From the NCBI GenBank assembly GCA_965261135.1, contig OZ253443.1, positions 2,192,521 to 2,256,520 of the forward strand: a DNA stretch of 64,000 bases, read 5' to 3'. The notes under the pieces are model-generated. The model had not been told where the DNA came from. It worked only from the letters and a program-made list of their open reading frames with translations, and searched no databases. The DNA is from Acidimicrobiia bacterium. Its GTDB lineage: Bacteria > Actinomycetota > Acidimicrobiia > Spongiisociales > ZC4RG35. Of this stretch, positions 1 to 8,732 are shown piece after piece; the first letter of the stretch is position 1, and each line of letters begins with the position of its first letter. A program made the translations under genes and the position numbers.

Positions 1-561
1 ATCTCCGATGAGGTGTACGACGCCATCACGTTCGGTAAGCCCGCTGTTTCAGCCTATCGAATCGACCCTGACCGGGTTGTCTCGGTTTTCAGTTTCTCCA
101 AGACCTACGCAATGACCGGCTGGCGGGTGGGATACACAGTTGCCAGGCCCGACATCGCCGCTCTACTCAGCAAGAGCCAGGAACCGACTACTTCATGTGT
201 CAACAGCTTATCCCAGATAGGAGCTTTGACCGCCCTGCGCGGTCCCCAGCACGAGGTCTGGGTGATGCGCGACGCCTACTGGGAACGCCGGGACCTGGTT
301 ATGGAGATGCTCGGGAAAGCGGACATCGCTTTCGCCCGACCCGAGGGCGCTTTCTATGTATGGGTTGACATCTCCCAGAGCCGCCTTCCAGACACAGAGT
401 TCGCCCGGCGGATGGTCATCGATCACCGGGTGGCCGTGGTGCCGGGCACCACCTTCGGCCCCGGGGGAGGAAGCCATGTCCGCATCTCCCTGGCCACCGA
501 CACCGAGCCGCTGCTGGAAGGCGTCTCTCGAATAATCAAGGCGATCCGCGCAGGCGGCTGA
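1..561 (+). CDS. PLP-dependent aminotransferase, class I/II (aspartate-aminotransferase fold), C-terminal part; 5' end lies outside the window
   Basis: Frame is open from nt 1 (ISDEVYDAITFG...). The SFSKTYAMTGWRVGY motif is the typical PLP-lysine region of class I aminotransferases. GC3-rich codon usage. Confidence 0.85.
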   Translation: MSDEVYDAITFGKPAVSAYRIDPDRVVSVFSFSKTYAMTGWRVGYTVARPDIAALLSKSQEPTTSCVNSLSQIGALTALRGPQHEVWVMRDAYWERRDLVMEMLGKADIAFARPEGAFYVWVDISQSRLPDTEFARRMVIDHRVAVVPGTTFGPGGGSHVRISLATDTEPLLEGVSRIIKAIRAGG

Positions 562-603
562 CCCGCACGTCCATAGCCTCCGTCGGGTAGCTGCAAAACT
601 CGG

Positions 604-1227
604 CTATTCCTGCGTCCTGCGCCGTTTAAAAAGCACCGATGCAATGCCGACAAGTATCACCAGCGCACCTACGGCCGGCAGGATCTGGACCAACGGCGAC
701 CCAACATCCCGAGAATCCGGTAACTCCAACGCCAGCGTCTCATCCGGAGGAAAACCTTCCCCGAAGACTTTTCGTAGTTCAGCGATAGTGACGGGAGACC
801 CGCACAGGTCCACTGAATAGAGACCCCCCGTAATGTCAAAGGCAGCAACACCAGCCACACGTTTCCCCCCGAAGTCGACGCCACAGGATGCCCCGCCCCT
901 ATTGGTGCGGAGCGCGATTTGAGAACCAACCCGGCCTTTGTATACCCGCTCCACCTCAAAGACCAAAGTAACCGGATCCATACTCGACCCAACTCCGTCG
1001 GGGCCCGGTTCCGGAAGGATTCGCTCGATTTGGCGTCCAGCGAAGGCTACGACCACATCATCGGCGTACTCGGACAGGGGACGGTCCACACAACTGCACG
1101 CGTGAGCGGTACGAGGAACAACTGCCAGAATGGCGCAAAAGACCGCGACTGCAAGCAAGAGTGCGCCGTACTTCCGCATTGCGTTGGAGCGTCGAACCAC
1201 CCTGCGCATCTCGGAGTCTTGATTCAT
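604..1227 (-). CDS. Secreted/membrane-anchored hypothetical protein (N-terminal signal peptide, C-terminal TM helix)
   Basis: Basic N-region then a hydrophobic stretch (MRKYGALLLAVAVFCAILAVV...AHA). C-terminal hydrophobic segment followed by KRRRTQE. Start could be M1, M7 or M17 (1179). Confidence 0.5.
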   Translation of the reverse strand: MNQDSEMRRVVRRSNAMRKYGALLLAVAVFCAILAVVPRTAHACSCVDRPLSEYADDVVVAFAGRQIERILPEPGPDGVGSSMDPVTLVFEVERVYKGRVGSQIALRTNRGGASCGVDFGGKRVAGVAAFDITGGLYSVDLCGSPVTIAELRKVFGEGFPPDETLALELPDSRDVGSPLVQILPAVGALVILVGIASVLFKRRRTQE

Positions 1228-1400
1228 CGGGAACCCCGGTTTCGGCGTCAGTCCAAGTGTAAGACCACGTCACAATATGCCCTCGAGCGGGGACCGGCGG
1301 CTCCCCTCCGAGTCATGCCCTCAGCCGCCAGATGTTCGGGGTTTGCCGCCGTTGCACGGGAGGCCTCCAGCCCTGAGACGGCCGGTCTCTCCAATCTTGG

Positions 1401-2207
1401 TCAGGCCCGTTTGACAGCCCTTTGGTAGCGGCGCACCGACAAGGGGCCGAAGATCATTACGATCAGCACCGCCCAGAGCAAAGCGTAGAGGACGGGGTTC
1501 TGAAGCGGCCAGGCGGTGGGTTCGGGCGCGCCGAAAGGGATGTTCCCGAATAACTCCCGTACCGCCTGGGCCACAGCCGAGATCGGGTTCCACTCGGCGA
1601 ACGCCCGCAGCACGGAAGGAAGGTTCTCCACCGGAACGAAGGTGTTGGCGACGAAGGTGAGGGGAAAGATCACGATGAAACCGGCATTGTTGATCACCTC
1701 GACGCTGGGTACCAGCAACCCGATGTAGGCCATGGTCCAAGAAAAGGCATAGGAGAATGCCAGCAGCAAACCGAATCCGGCCACGCCTCTCCAAAGACCG
1801 TTGTTGATGCGCCAACCCACCAACAGGCCGGTCAGGCCCATGATCAAGAGGGTCAAGACATTGTAAACAACGTCGCTGGCAGTACGGCCCACCAGAACCG
1901 CGGCCTGGGACATGGGCAGCGAGCGAAACCGATCGATGATCCCCTTTTGCATGTCGTCGGCGAGGCCAGCGCCGGTGAAAGTGGCGCCGAACATCACCGT
2001 CTGAGCGAAGATGCCAGCTATCAAATACTCCCGGTATGAACCGCCGGGGATGTCGATCGACCCGCCGAAAACGTATGCAAAAAGCAGTACGAACATAATC
2101 GGCGATATCAGCACGAACACCAGGACATCGGGCACTCTCTTGATCTTGATCAGGTTTCGCTTGGCGATGACTAACGAATCGGCGAACAGGTAGAACGCTC
2201 CTCTCAT
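1401..2207 (-). CDS. ABC-2 family transporter permease (DrrB-like)
   Basis: Six predicted TM segments, typical ABC-2 permease length (268 aa). 4-nt ATGA overlap with the upstream ATPase gene. Confidence 0.8.
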   Translation of the reverse strand: MRGAFYLFADSLVIAKRNLIKIKRVPDVLVFVLISPIMFVLLFAYVFGGSIDIPGGSYREYLIAGIFAQTVMFGATFTGAGLADDMQKGIIDRFRSLPMSQAAVLVGRTASDVVYNVLTLLIMGLTGLLVGWRINNGLWRGVAGFGLLLAFSYAFSWTMAYIGLLVPSVEVINNAGFIVIFPLTFVANTFVPVENLPSVLRAFAEWNPISAVAQAVRELFGNIPFGAPEPTAWPLQNPVLYALLWAVLIVMIFGPLSVRRYQRAVKRA

Positions 2208-3235
2208 GATCTCTTTGCCCCCTTGGTCTCCTGTCGGTCTCCCGCAAAGTTGTGATTCTCGCCCGCCTCGGCCGCGTGGCCGGTCAGGGTGAGGAACACA
2301 TCGTTGAGAGTGGGGCGCCGCAGACCTACATCGTGCAAGGCGACACCTGCCCGATCCAAGGCCCTAAGCGCCTCGGTGAGCACCGCGGCGCCTCCCGAGA
2401 CAGGAACCGTTACTTTGCGGTTCCGCTCATCGGAGACCAAATCACCTACCGCAAATCGCTCCATTAACTCCTGGGCCCTGGGAAGCTCATCGGAGGAGGA
2501 GACGGTAACTTCGATACGTTCGCCGCCCACCATTGTTTTTAGTTCGTCAGGGGTCCCCTGGGCAATCTCCTTACCCCGGTCGATAACCATGATCCGGTCC
2601 GCCAGATGGTCTGCTTCCTCCAGGTACTGGGTGGATAGCAACAGGGTCGAACCGCTTGCCACTAAGTCCCGGATAACCCCCCACAACTCAATACGACTGC
2701 GGGGGTCGAGGCCCGTGGTGGGCTCGTCCAAGAACAACACCGGCGGGGATGCCACCAGGGCGCCCGCCAGGTCAAGCCGCCGCCTCATTCCACCCGAGTA
2801 GGTCTTGACCGGCCGGTTGGCCGCCTCGGTCAAATCAAATATCTTCAAGAGCTCCCGAGCCCGGGTCCTCGACCGGGAACGGCCCAACCGGTAGAGCCGG
2901 CCGATCATGTCCAGGTTCTCGAATCCGGTCAGGTGCTCATCCAATGCCGCGTATTGGCCCGATAGTCCAATGCGTTTCCGCACCAGGCCGGGTTCCTTGA
3001 GCACATCGGCGCCAGCCACCCGCGCTGATCCCGAATCGGGAAGAATCAGGGTGGCCAGGATCGAGACCGCAGTGGTCTTTCCCGCTCCGTTGGGACCCAG
3101 AAGACCGTAGATGGACCCCTCTTCCACAGACAAGTCCAACCCGTCCAGAGCAACCACATCGCCATATCGCTTCACCAGACCCGATGTCTCAATCACATTG
3201 CCCATAGGCCTCCGTTCCGTCAACAGCGGGCACAC
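2204..3235 (-). CDS. ABC transporter ATP-binding protein (DrrA-like exporter ATPase)
   Basis: Walker A GPNGAGKTT, signature LSGGMRRR, Walker B LFLDEPTTGLD. Alternative start at M11 (3205). Confidence 0.9.
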   Translation of the reverse strand: MCPLLTERRPMGNVIETSGLVKRYGDVVALDGLDLSVEEGSIYGLLGPNGAGKTTAVSILATLILPDSGSARVAGADVLKEPGLVRKRIGLSGQYAALDEHLTGFENLDMIGRLYRLGRSRSRTRARELLKIFDLTEAANRPVKTYSGGMRRRLDLAGALVASPPVLFLDEPTTGLDPRSRIELWGVIRDLVASGSTLLLSTQYLEEADHLADRIMVIDRGKEIAQGTPDELKTMVGGERIEVTVSSSDELPRAQELMERFAVGDLVSDERNRKVTVPVSGGAAVLTEALRALDRAGVALHDVGLRRPTLNDVFLTLTGHAAEAGENHNFAGDRQETKGAKRS

Positions 3236-3408
3236 CCAGCCCTACCAAAAGCCGAAGGCTATACCACTCCCGCAATCTACCCCAAAACGCCACCACGCTG
3301 GCGAAATATCAAGAAAGAGGAAAGATACAATGCAGCACGGCCAACGACCCTGCTCACAGGCCTTCTGTTAAGAATCGGCTCGGCCAATTCTTGATTTGTA
3401 ACGCTTGG

Positions 3409-4131
3409 TCAGGACAAGCGGGATATCCGGACTTGCGCCTCGGCCATGTGAAGGGATGCGACCACCGGATCAATACAGAACGCATCGATCAGGTGAGCGA
3501 CCTCCCAGACCATACCTCCCCAGAGCGTGCACCCGAAGAAGACGGCCTCCACACGGTCCCGTTCGATCATGGCTCGGGCGGTCGGAACCCCCTCGGTGTG
3601 AAGCTGGCGGCGGAACTGCTCCTCGACGATTTCCGCGGTGACCTCGGTGTTGCCAACCAGTGACCCCTCGCCCTCCACGTGCATGGGCACGAACGCGACG
3701 GAACTGAAGGCTTCCGAAAGCCCGTAGGCTCGCAGCAAGCGATGAGTCACGTTGTTGATCCTGCGCCGGCCGTGTTCGTCGGGGGACAGCATTCCGACGT
3801 TGGCGCCCCGGGCGGCAGCCAATGCGACCGCGGCCTGTAGTGGACCGATCACCGGGATCTTGACGCATCGCTGCGCCTCCATCAACGCCGGATCCGCGCA
3901 GCATGCGATGATGGCGGCGTCGGCGCCTTCGCGTTCCGCCTGGAGAACCGCGCCGATCAATTCGTTCAAGTAGAGGGGCTCGAGGGGAAGCATGGGTCCG
4001 GCGAGTTCGGGGGGCAGTTCCAAGTGACGCACCTCGATGGACACACCGCTCGAGGCGTGGTTCTCGAGGACGGACAACATGCGTTTGGAGTGCAGGTCGC
4101 TCCCTACAGGTTCTATAAACCGAATTCTCAT
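3409..4131 (-). CDS. Asp/Glu/hydantoin racemase family protein (hydantoin racemase / arylmalonate decarboxylase-like)
   Basis: About 240 aa with conserved Cys-containing segments (IIACCAD..., FFGCTLW) and the two-lobed pattern of the PF01177 family. Confidence 0.65.
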   Translation of the reverse strand: MRIRFIEPVGSDLHSKRMLSVLENHASSGVSIEVRHLELPPELAGPMLPLEPLYLNELIGAVLQAEREGADAAIIACCADPALMEAQRCVKIPVIGPLQAAVALAAARGANVGMLSPDEHGRRRINNVTHRLLRAYGLSEAFSSVAFVPMHVEGEGSLVGNTEVTAEIVEEQFRRQLHTEGVPTARAMIERDRVEAVFFGCTLWGGMVWEVAHLIDAFCIDPVVASLHMAEAQVRISRLS

Positions 4132-4350
4132 ATGCTCCTCCTAGCCTCGGCACCCCGGAAGTCGTCGATATGCGACGCAGGGCCAACCAAGTATATAGTC
4201 GGCGCCTCCGGTGGCCTCTTAGGCGGCCGGTTTGCATGAGTGGAAATGCGCTCGGGAAAAGGGATCGAGGGGAGGAACTGATGGAGAATCTCTAGAGGAA
4301 AGTGACCCTCCTGACCAGGGCTTCCCGTGGCGTCGGGTCAGAGTCGACCC

Positions 4351-5139
4351 TCAGCGCAGGTGGGCGGGATACTCGCCGGGGGCAGATGCCTGTTGGGACG
4401 GCTGGGAAGAGGCTCGGATCAAAAGCATGGCCACCGTAGGTGTGCCGGTCTGGACTCCACCATGCCACACACCAGGGGGTCTATAGAAATATCCGTCCTT
4501 GGGAAACTCGGTGACCTCCATGCCATCCCGGCGGTGGGATGCCTGCCGCCAGATTCCGTCCAACACAAACACTTCAGCGGGATCCTGATCCACATACCAG
4601 CGGTCGAGATGCAGATCCACCGTGGCGGTCTGCCAGAATCGCCCACCCCGGAGAGACGGCGCCAGATCCCGTTGCCGGGAGTTGGGAGGAGCATTGGGCA
4701 TCTGTATCCACTCCCTCTCACCGGCCACCACCGGTTCCGGGCGGTCGGGGTCCTCGGGGCCTTCGTCAGCCACGAATCGCAAGGGGGCGCCTGAAAAGAG
4801 CAGCAAGGTGGCTCCCTCCGTACTCCCCAGCCCCTTCACCATCGTCTCTGCGCGGGCGCCCCACAGGGTATCGGCGCCAAGCAGATGGCCATCCGCCTCC
4901 ACCTGGCCGGAGAGCACGAACACCTCCACATCCCCGCTGAAAGACCCGCTCCGGGATGTCCCCCACCCCGGGGAAACCTCCAGGAGCCGGGTGGAAGGCC
5001 CCGATCCGTCCCGGCTCAGGATCCAGGTAGCGGGGCGACCATCCAGCCCGTGGATGGTCATCGGCCGGGATGGAAAACTCCTCGGGTCGGGGACGGTAAC
5101 CGGCTGGAAGCGCCGATCGGCTACGCCGGGATCGTCCAC
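4351..5139 (-). CDS. Cupin-fold protein (possible bicupin, ChrR-like); start uncertain
   Basis: Two repeated beta-rich segments with G..H motifs (DGYFYRPPGVWHG; GDVEVFVLSGQVEADGH). No other recognisable catalytic motif. A later Met (MTIHGLDG, about 5061) may be the true start. Confidence 0.4.
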   Translation of the reverse strand: MDDPGVADRRFQPVTVPDPRSFPSRPMTIHGLDGRPATWILSRDGSGPSTRLLEVSPGWGTSRSGSFSGDVEVFVLSGQVEADGHLLGADTLWGARAETMVKGLGSTEGATLLLFSGAPLRFVADEGPEDPDRPEPVVAGEREWIQMPNAPPNSRQRDLAPSLRGGRFWQTATVDLHLDRWYVDQDPAEVFVLDGIWRQASHRRDGMEVTEFPKDGYFYRPPGVWHGGVQTGTPTVAMLLIRASSQPSQQASAPGEYPAHLR

Positions 5140-5157
5140 TTCCTGGTGAGCCGTTGC

Positions 5158-6027
5158 CTAGGAGAAGTCGAACAGCCGCATGGCGTTCCCGCCCCGGATT
5201 GCATCTCGGTCGGCCGCCGAGAGGTCGGGCAGATAGTGATCCACCAGCGCCAGTTGTTCCGGATAGCCGGGCTCCACCACGATCCACGGGTAGTCGGAGG
5301 CCCACATCATCCGGTCGGCCCCGAAAATCCCATGGATCGCGTCCACAGTCGACTGAACATCGGGATGGGGATACGGCTCCTGGGTGAAGGCGTACTGCCC
5401 GGAGAGGTGGGCGTACACGTTTGGCCGGGCGGCGATCACCTCTATCGTCTTCAGCGATGCCGGCGGGAGGTCGAGAGTGAACCGGGGACGACCCCATTCG
5501 TCCGCTCTTATCTCATCCCAGATGCTCGGGCAGAATCCCAGATGGTTGATGACCACTGACAGGTCGGGAAGCAACTCCAGCACCCGATCCAACAAAAGCA
5601 CCTGCTCCTCGGTCGCGTAGAACCACAGCTTCACCCCGTCGGCGGCCATTTGCCGGAGGACGGGAAACATCTCGATCTGGTCGGCGGGCTGGGAGGGGTC
5701 GGGATCGAGGTTGAACAGCCGAAACCCCTGAAAGGGCGTTGCTTGGCGGCGCTCCCGGTAATTGGCGAGCTGATCAGGCGCGGAGACGTCCTGCACTCCC
5801 ACGATGGCAAACAGGTCAGGGCGGGTGGCCACCACCTCCCGCAGGTACTCGTCATGATGGGAGATACCCACGATCACCGCCTTGTCCACTCCCGCCCGCT
5901 TCATGTAGCCAAAGTATTCGTCCATCGGCGCCCGCCGCTCGGGTGGGGTCAAACCGGGAAACACATCGCGCGGGTATCGCTCGGAAATCGCCTCGAACAG
6001 ATGGAGGTGGGCATCGACTACCGTCAT
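5158..6027 (-). CDS. Amidohydrolase-2 family TIM-barrel metal-dependent hydrolase
   Basis: N-terminal VDAHLHLF metal-binding motif with later His/Asp ligands. About 290 aa, typical of the ACMSD/lactonase-like amidohydrolase_2 family. Confidence 0.75.
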   Translation of the reverse strand: MTVVDAHLHLFEAISERYPRDVFPGLTPPERRAPMDEYFGYMKRAGVDKAVIVGISHHDEYLREVVATRPDLFAIVGVQDVSAPDQLANYRERRQATPFQGFRLFNLDPDPSQPADQIEMFPVLRQMAADGVKLWFYATEEQVLLLDRVLELLPDLSVVINHLGFCPSIWDEIRADEWGRPRFTLDLPPASLKTIEVIAARPNVYAHLSGQYAFTQEPYPHPDVQSTVDAIHGIFGADRMMWASDYPWIVVEPGYPEQLALVDHYLPDLSAADRDAIRGGNAMRLFDFS

Positions 6028-6084
6028 TGGCAGCTCCTTTCAAAGATCGTTAGGGATATCGTAACCCCCCGGTGAAGCCACCCC

Positions 6085-6288
6085 CTACTGCGAAGGACCA
6101 GTCCTACTGAACCAAACAGCCTTCTTGGAGAAGCAGTAAGGGTTTCCCCTGGACTTCCAGCGTACGCACCACAGCGAGGCTTGGAGTTCCCGATTCGCAT
6201 TCAGGTAGCCACGGGTCCTCTCAAACCGCTTCTCTTTAGGCATCTTCGCGATTCGCTTTGAAAAAACCCTCCTTATCTTTACAGTCAT
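6085..6288 (-). CDS. Doubtful small basic ORF inside the low-GC patch (possible gene remnant)
   Basis: 67-aa Arg/Lys-rich ORF, no recognisable motif, no convincing RBS. Listed only because it sits at the island edge. Confidence 0.15.
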   Translation of the reverse strand: MTVKIRRVFSKRIAKMPKEKRFERTRGYLNANRELQASLWCVRWKSRGNPYCFSKKAVWFSRTGPSQ

Positions 6289-6396
6289 CTTGTGCTCTAT
6301 GTACCCTGCGGGGCTAACGAGAGCCTAGGACTGTCACATCCATGAAATAACATGGCTGTAAGTTACACTGCGTTCAAGCTGAAGGAGGTCTCAGGG

Positions 6397-6642
6397 ATGA
6401 CAACCACGATTTCACGCGATTGGCAATCTGAACGGCTCATGGATGAAGATCGGCTTCATCCTGATGAAGAGCGAATGTTGCGTGTGTTTGGCCAGCGCAA
6501 ACTAATACCCAATATGGGAGAGTTGCTGGAAGAACTCGGAGAACCTAAGATGAGTCATGCCGATGCCCATGTTGCCGTATGCAACCTAGCCATTAAGGGT
6601 CACGTCGCCTTCTCATTCGAAGGATATCGCCTTATCTCCTAA
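6397..6642 (+). CDS. Small acidic hypothetical protein (82 aa), translationally coupled to the downstream dGTPase-family gene
   Basis: Strong RBS aaggagg 8 nt upstream of the ATG at 6397. Stop TAA overlaps the next start (TAATG at 6640-6644). Low-GC codon usage matches the downstream gene. No TM segment and no known motif. The ORF track's longer 6352 start lacks an RBS. Confidence 0.55.
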   Translation: MTTTISRDWQSERLMDEDRLHPDEERMLRVFGQRKLIPNMGELLEELGEPKMSHADAHVAVCNLAIKGHVAFSFEGYRLIS

Positions 6643-7961
6643 TGCAGTCTGGCCAAGAGCGTTTAGACCCGATCGGCTCCATACCTGATTATCGCTCAGA
6701 GTTCCAACGTGATGTGGACAAGATCCTCTACTGTCCGGAGTTTCGCCGTCTCAGTGGAGTCACTCAGGTTGCTTCCGCCACGGAAGGCGACATCTTTCAC
6801 AACCGGTTGACCCACTCTCTGAAAGTCGCGCAGGTAGGGCGGCGACTTGCCGAACGCCTCATTGCTGATTTGGATCCCGACCAGAAGGGTGAAGTTACTC
6901 TTAATCCCGACGTTGTGGAAGCGGCTGGCCTTGCTCACGATTTAGGCCACCCACCGTTCGGACATGAAGGTGAGGAAGCAATTTGCGAGGCGATGCGTGA
7001 AGAGACTATCGGTGGAGTCGAGGGCGACCTGGAAGGATTTGAGGGAAACGCTCAGACCTTCCGGATAGTGACCAGGTTAGCTGCTCCTGAGACTCCCAGA
7101 GGCAGGGGCTTTGGCCTCAACTTGACCCGGAGCACTCTGAACGCGATTCTCAAATACCCATGGCTGAGTTGTGACCGCGGAGAGAGGAAAAAATGGGGGG
7201 CGTACCAGAGTGAAGAAGAAGTCTTTCGTCAAGTACGAAGACAGTTTTTCGAGGGGGAACAGTTGAGCTTGGAGGCCAAGCTGATGGACTGGGCGGATGA
7301 TGTTACCTATGCGGTACATGACCTGGATGACTTCTACCGAGCGGGCCTAATACCCCTCCATAGACTTCATACCGGAGGTATCTTCCAAGGTACCGCCACG
7401 AGGACCCCCGAGTTAGAGTTCTTCATGGCGGAGATCGACAATACCTCTGTTCCAGACGCAGAGGTTCTCGCCAGTTTGCTCCATAAGAGTTACTCTTTCC
7501 TAAATGCTCCCTACAGGGGATCCGGGCAACAGAGGGAAGCGCTGCGAGCAAGCACATCGTTATTGCTCACCAGTTTTATCAATGCTGTCACCCTCGAAGG
7601 CAATCCACCTGAGGTCGTGATATGCCCAGAAAGACACCGTGAAGTCGATCTCCTCAAGCAATTGACCATGTACTATGTCATAAGGCATCCTCGCGTGGTG
7701 GGAGTGCGCGAAGGTCAGCGGAGAATGCTCAAGAAGCTATTTGACATCTATGTTGAGGTGATCAGTAGATCCCAAGAGCGGTCCCAAGAACGACTTCAAG
7801 CCTTGTTACCTCAATCTACGATCGACCGTCTCCACAGCGGAGATACGGTGAAGCGGCTAGCTGCGGACCTGCTGGCTGGCATGACCGAACGGCAAGTCAT
7901 CCAGACTTACCACCGTCTTAACGGCATGGCGCCAGGTCCGCTAGCTCACTTTGACCTCTAA
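6642..7961 (+). CDS. dGTP triphosphohydrolase (Dgt) family HD-domain protein
   Basis: N-terminal DYRSEFQRDVDKILYCPEFRRLSGVTQV resembles Dgt R-x-x-F-Q-R-D-x-D-R-I-x-x-S-x-x-F-R-R-L. HD motif region HNRLTHSLKVAQVGRRLA ... LAHDLGHPPFGHEGE. 439 aa. GC about 53 % versus about 68 % in the flanks. Confidence 0.85.
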   Translation: MQSGQERLDPIGSIPDYRSEFQRDVDKILYCPEFRRLSGVTQVASATEGDIFHNRLTHSLKVAQVGRRLAERLIADLDPDQKGEVTLNPDVVEAAGLAHDLGHPPFGHEGEEAICEAMREETIGGVEGDLEGFEGNAQTFRIVTRLAAPETPRGRGFGLNLTRSTLNAILKYPWLSCDRGERKKWGAYQSEEEVFRQVRRQFFEGEQLSLEAKLMDWADDVTYAVHDLDDFYRAGLIPLHRLHTGGIFQGTATRTPELEFFMAEIDNTSVPDAEVLASLLHKSYSFLNAPYRGSGQQREALRASTSLLLTSFINAVTLEGNPPEVVICPERHREVDLLKQLTMYYVIRHPRVVGVREGQRRMLKKLFDIYVEVISRSQERSQERLQALLPQSTIDRLHSGDTVKRLAADLLAGMTERQVIQTYHRLNGMAPGPLAHFDL

Positions 7962-8316
7962 CAAGGCCCCTTTGTGGAGGTAGGGCCGCCGGAGGGAAGT
8001 GTGCGAAACAATGGAGAATGGCTAATCCATATCGTTGGGAAGCAGCATAATTTCCTGAGGAGGACGCAGCAAGTCACTGGAAGGAGACTCGGAAGCGGGC
8101 CCGCCAGAAAGCTCTGTTAGGGTGGGAGCCAGAGCCCAGCAAATGAGGGCCAACGGGGTGGTGCGATCCAGGTCTACATGGAGAACGTCGGCGGCACCAT
8201 GCCACTCTTTGTCGGCTAGGGAACCGCAGTAATAGCTACCGAGATCTACTGGCGTTATAACGGCCCGAGGATAGCCGTTCAGCCTCTATCCAGCCGAAAA
8301 GGTATCGACAATTGCG

Positions 8317-8676
8317 TTAGGAGCGGCGAAGCAGCAGAAACACGTAGGACAAGGCGATAAGAGGAATAACCGAGAAGACGAGCGGCAGCCACGGGTCGCC
8401 TTTGGTGAGACCCGTCCCGATTGCCAGATAGAGAAATACATCGGCGGCTATGTTGAGCGTCAGCAATGCGAGGCTGGCCTTGATCAGTTTCTTCGACCGG
8501 TTTCGGCCCATTACCAATATGACAAGTAGCACAGCCGCCGCCGGATGAACACCGACCAAGATCAGCCGTTCCCACCACTGGCCGCCATCCGCAAAGCTGC
8601 CGACCAAGGCCGTAAAAGCAACGATGAACATCTGCACCCAGGCGAGGATGCGGAGCAGGATCAGGAATCTAGTCAT
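8317..8676 (-). CDS. Small integral membrane protein (4 TM helices), hypothetical
   Basis: 119 aa, four hydrophobic segments, ends LLLRRS. Intermediate GC (about 55 %). Confidence 0.5.
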   Translation of the reverse strand: MTRFLILLRILAWVQMFIVAFTALVGSFADGGQWWERLILVGVHPAAAVLLVILVMGRNRSKKLIKASLALLTLNIAADVFLYLAIGTGLTKGDPWLPLVFSVIPLIALSYVFLLLRRS

Positions 8677-8732
8677 TTTTTCGTCCTATCAAATGGTAAC
8701 GATGGGCCCACAAAGGTTGTTCAGCATGCCCT

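Noticed and set aside
3470-4237. 255-aa minus-strand ORF (Arg-rich)
   Set aside because: Alternative frame of the racemase gene. Its R/G/P-rich composition is typical of out-of-frame translation of high-GC coding DNA.
6085-6288. 67-aa basic ORF as a transposase/integrase remnant
   Set aside because: No family-specific motif could be matched. Retained only as a low-confidence feature.
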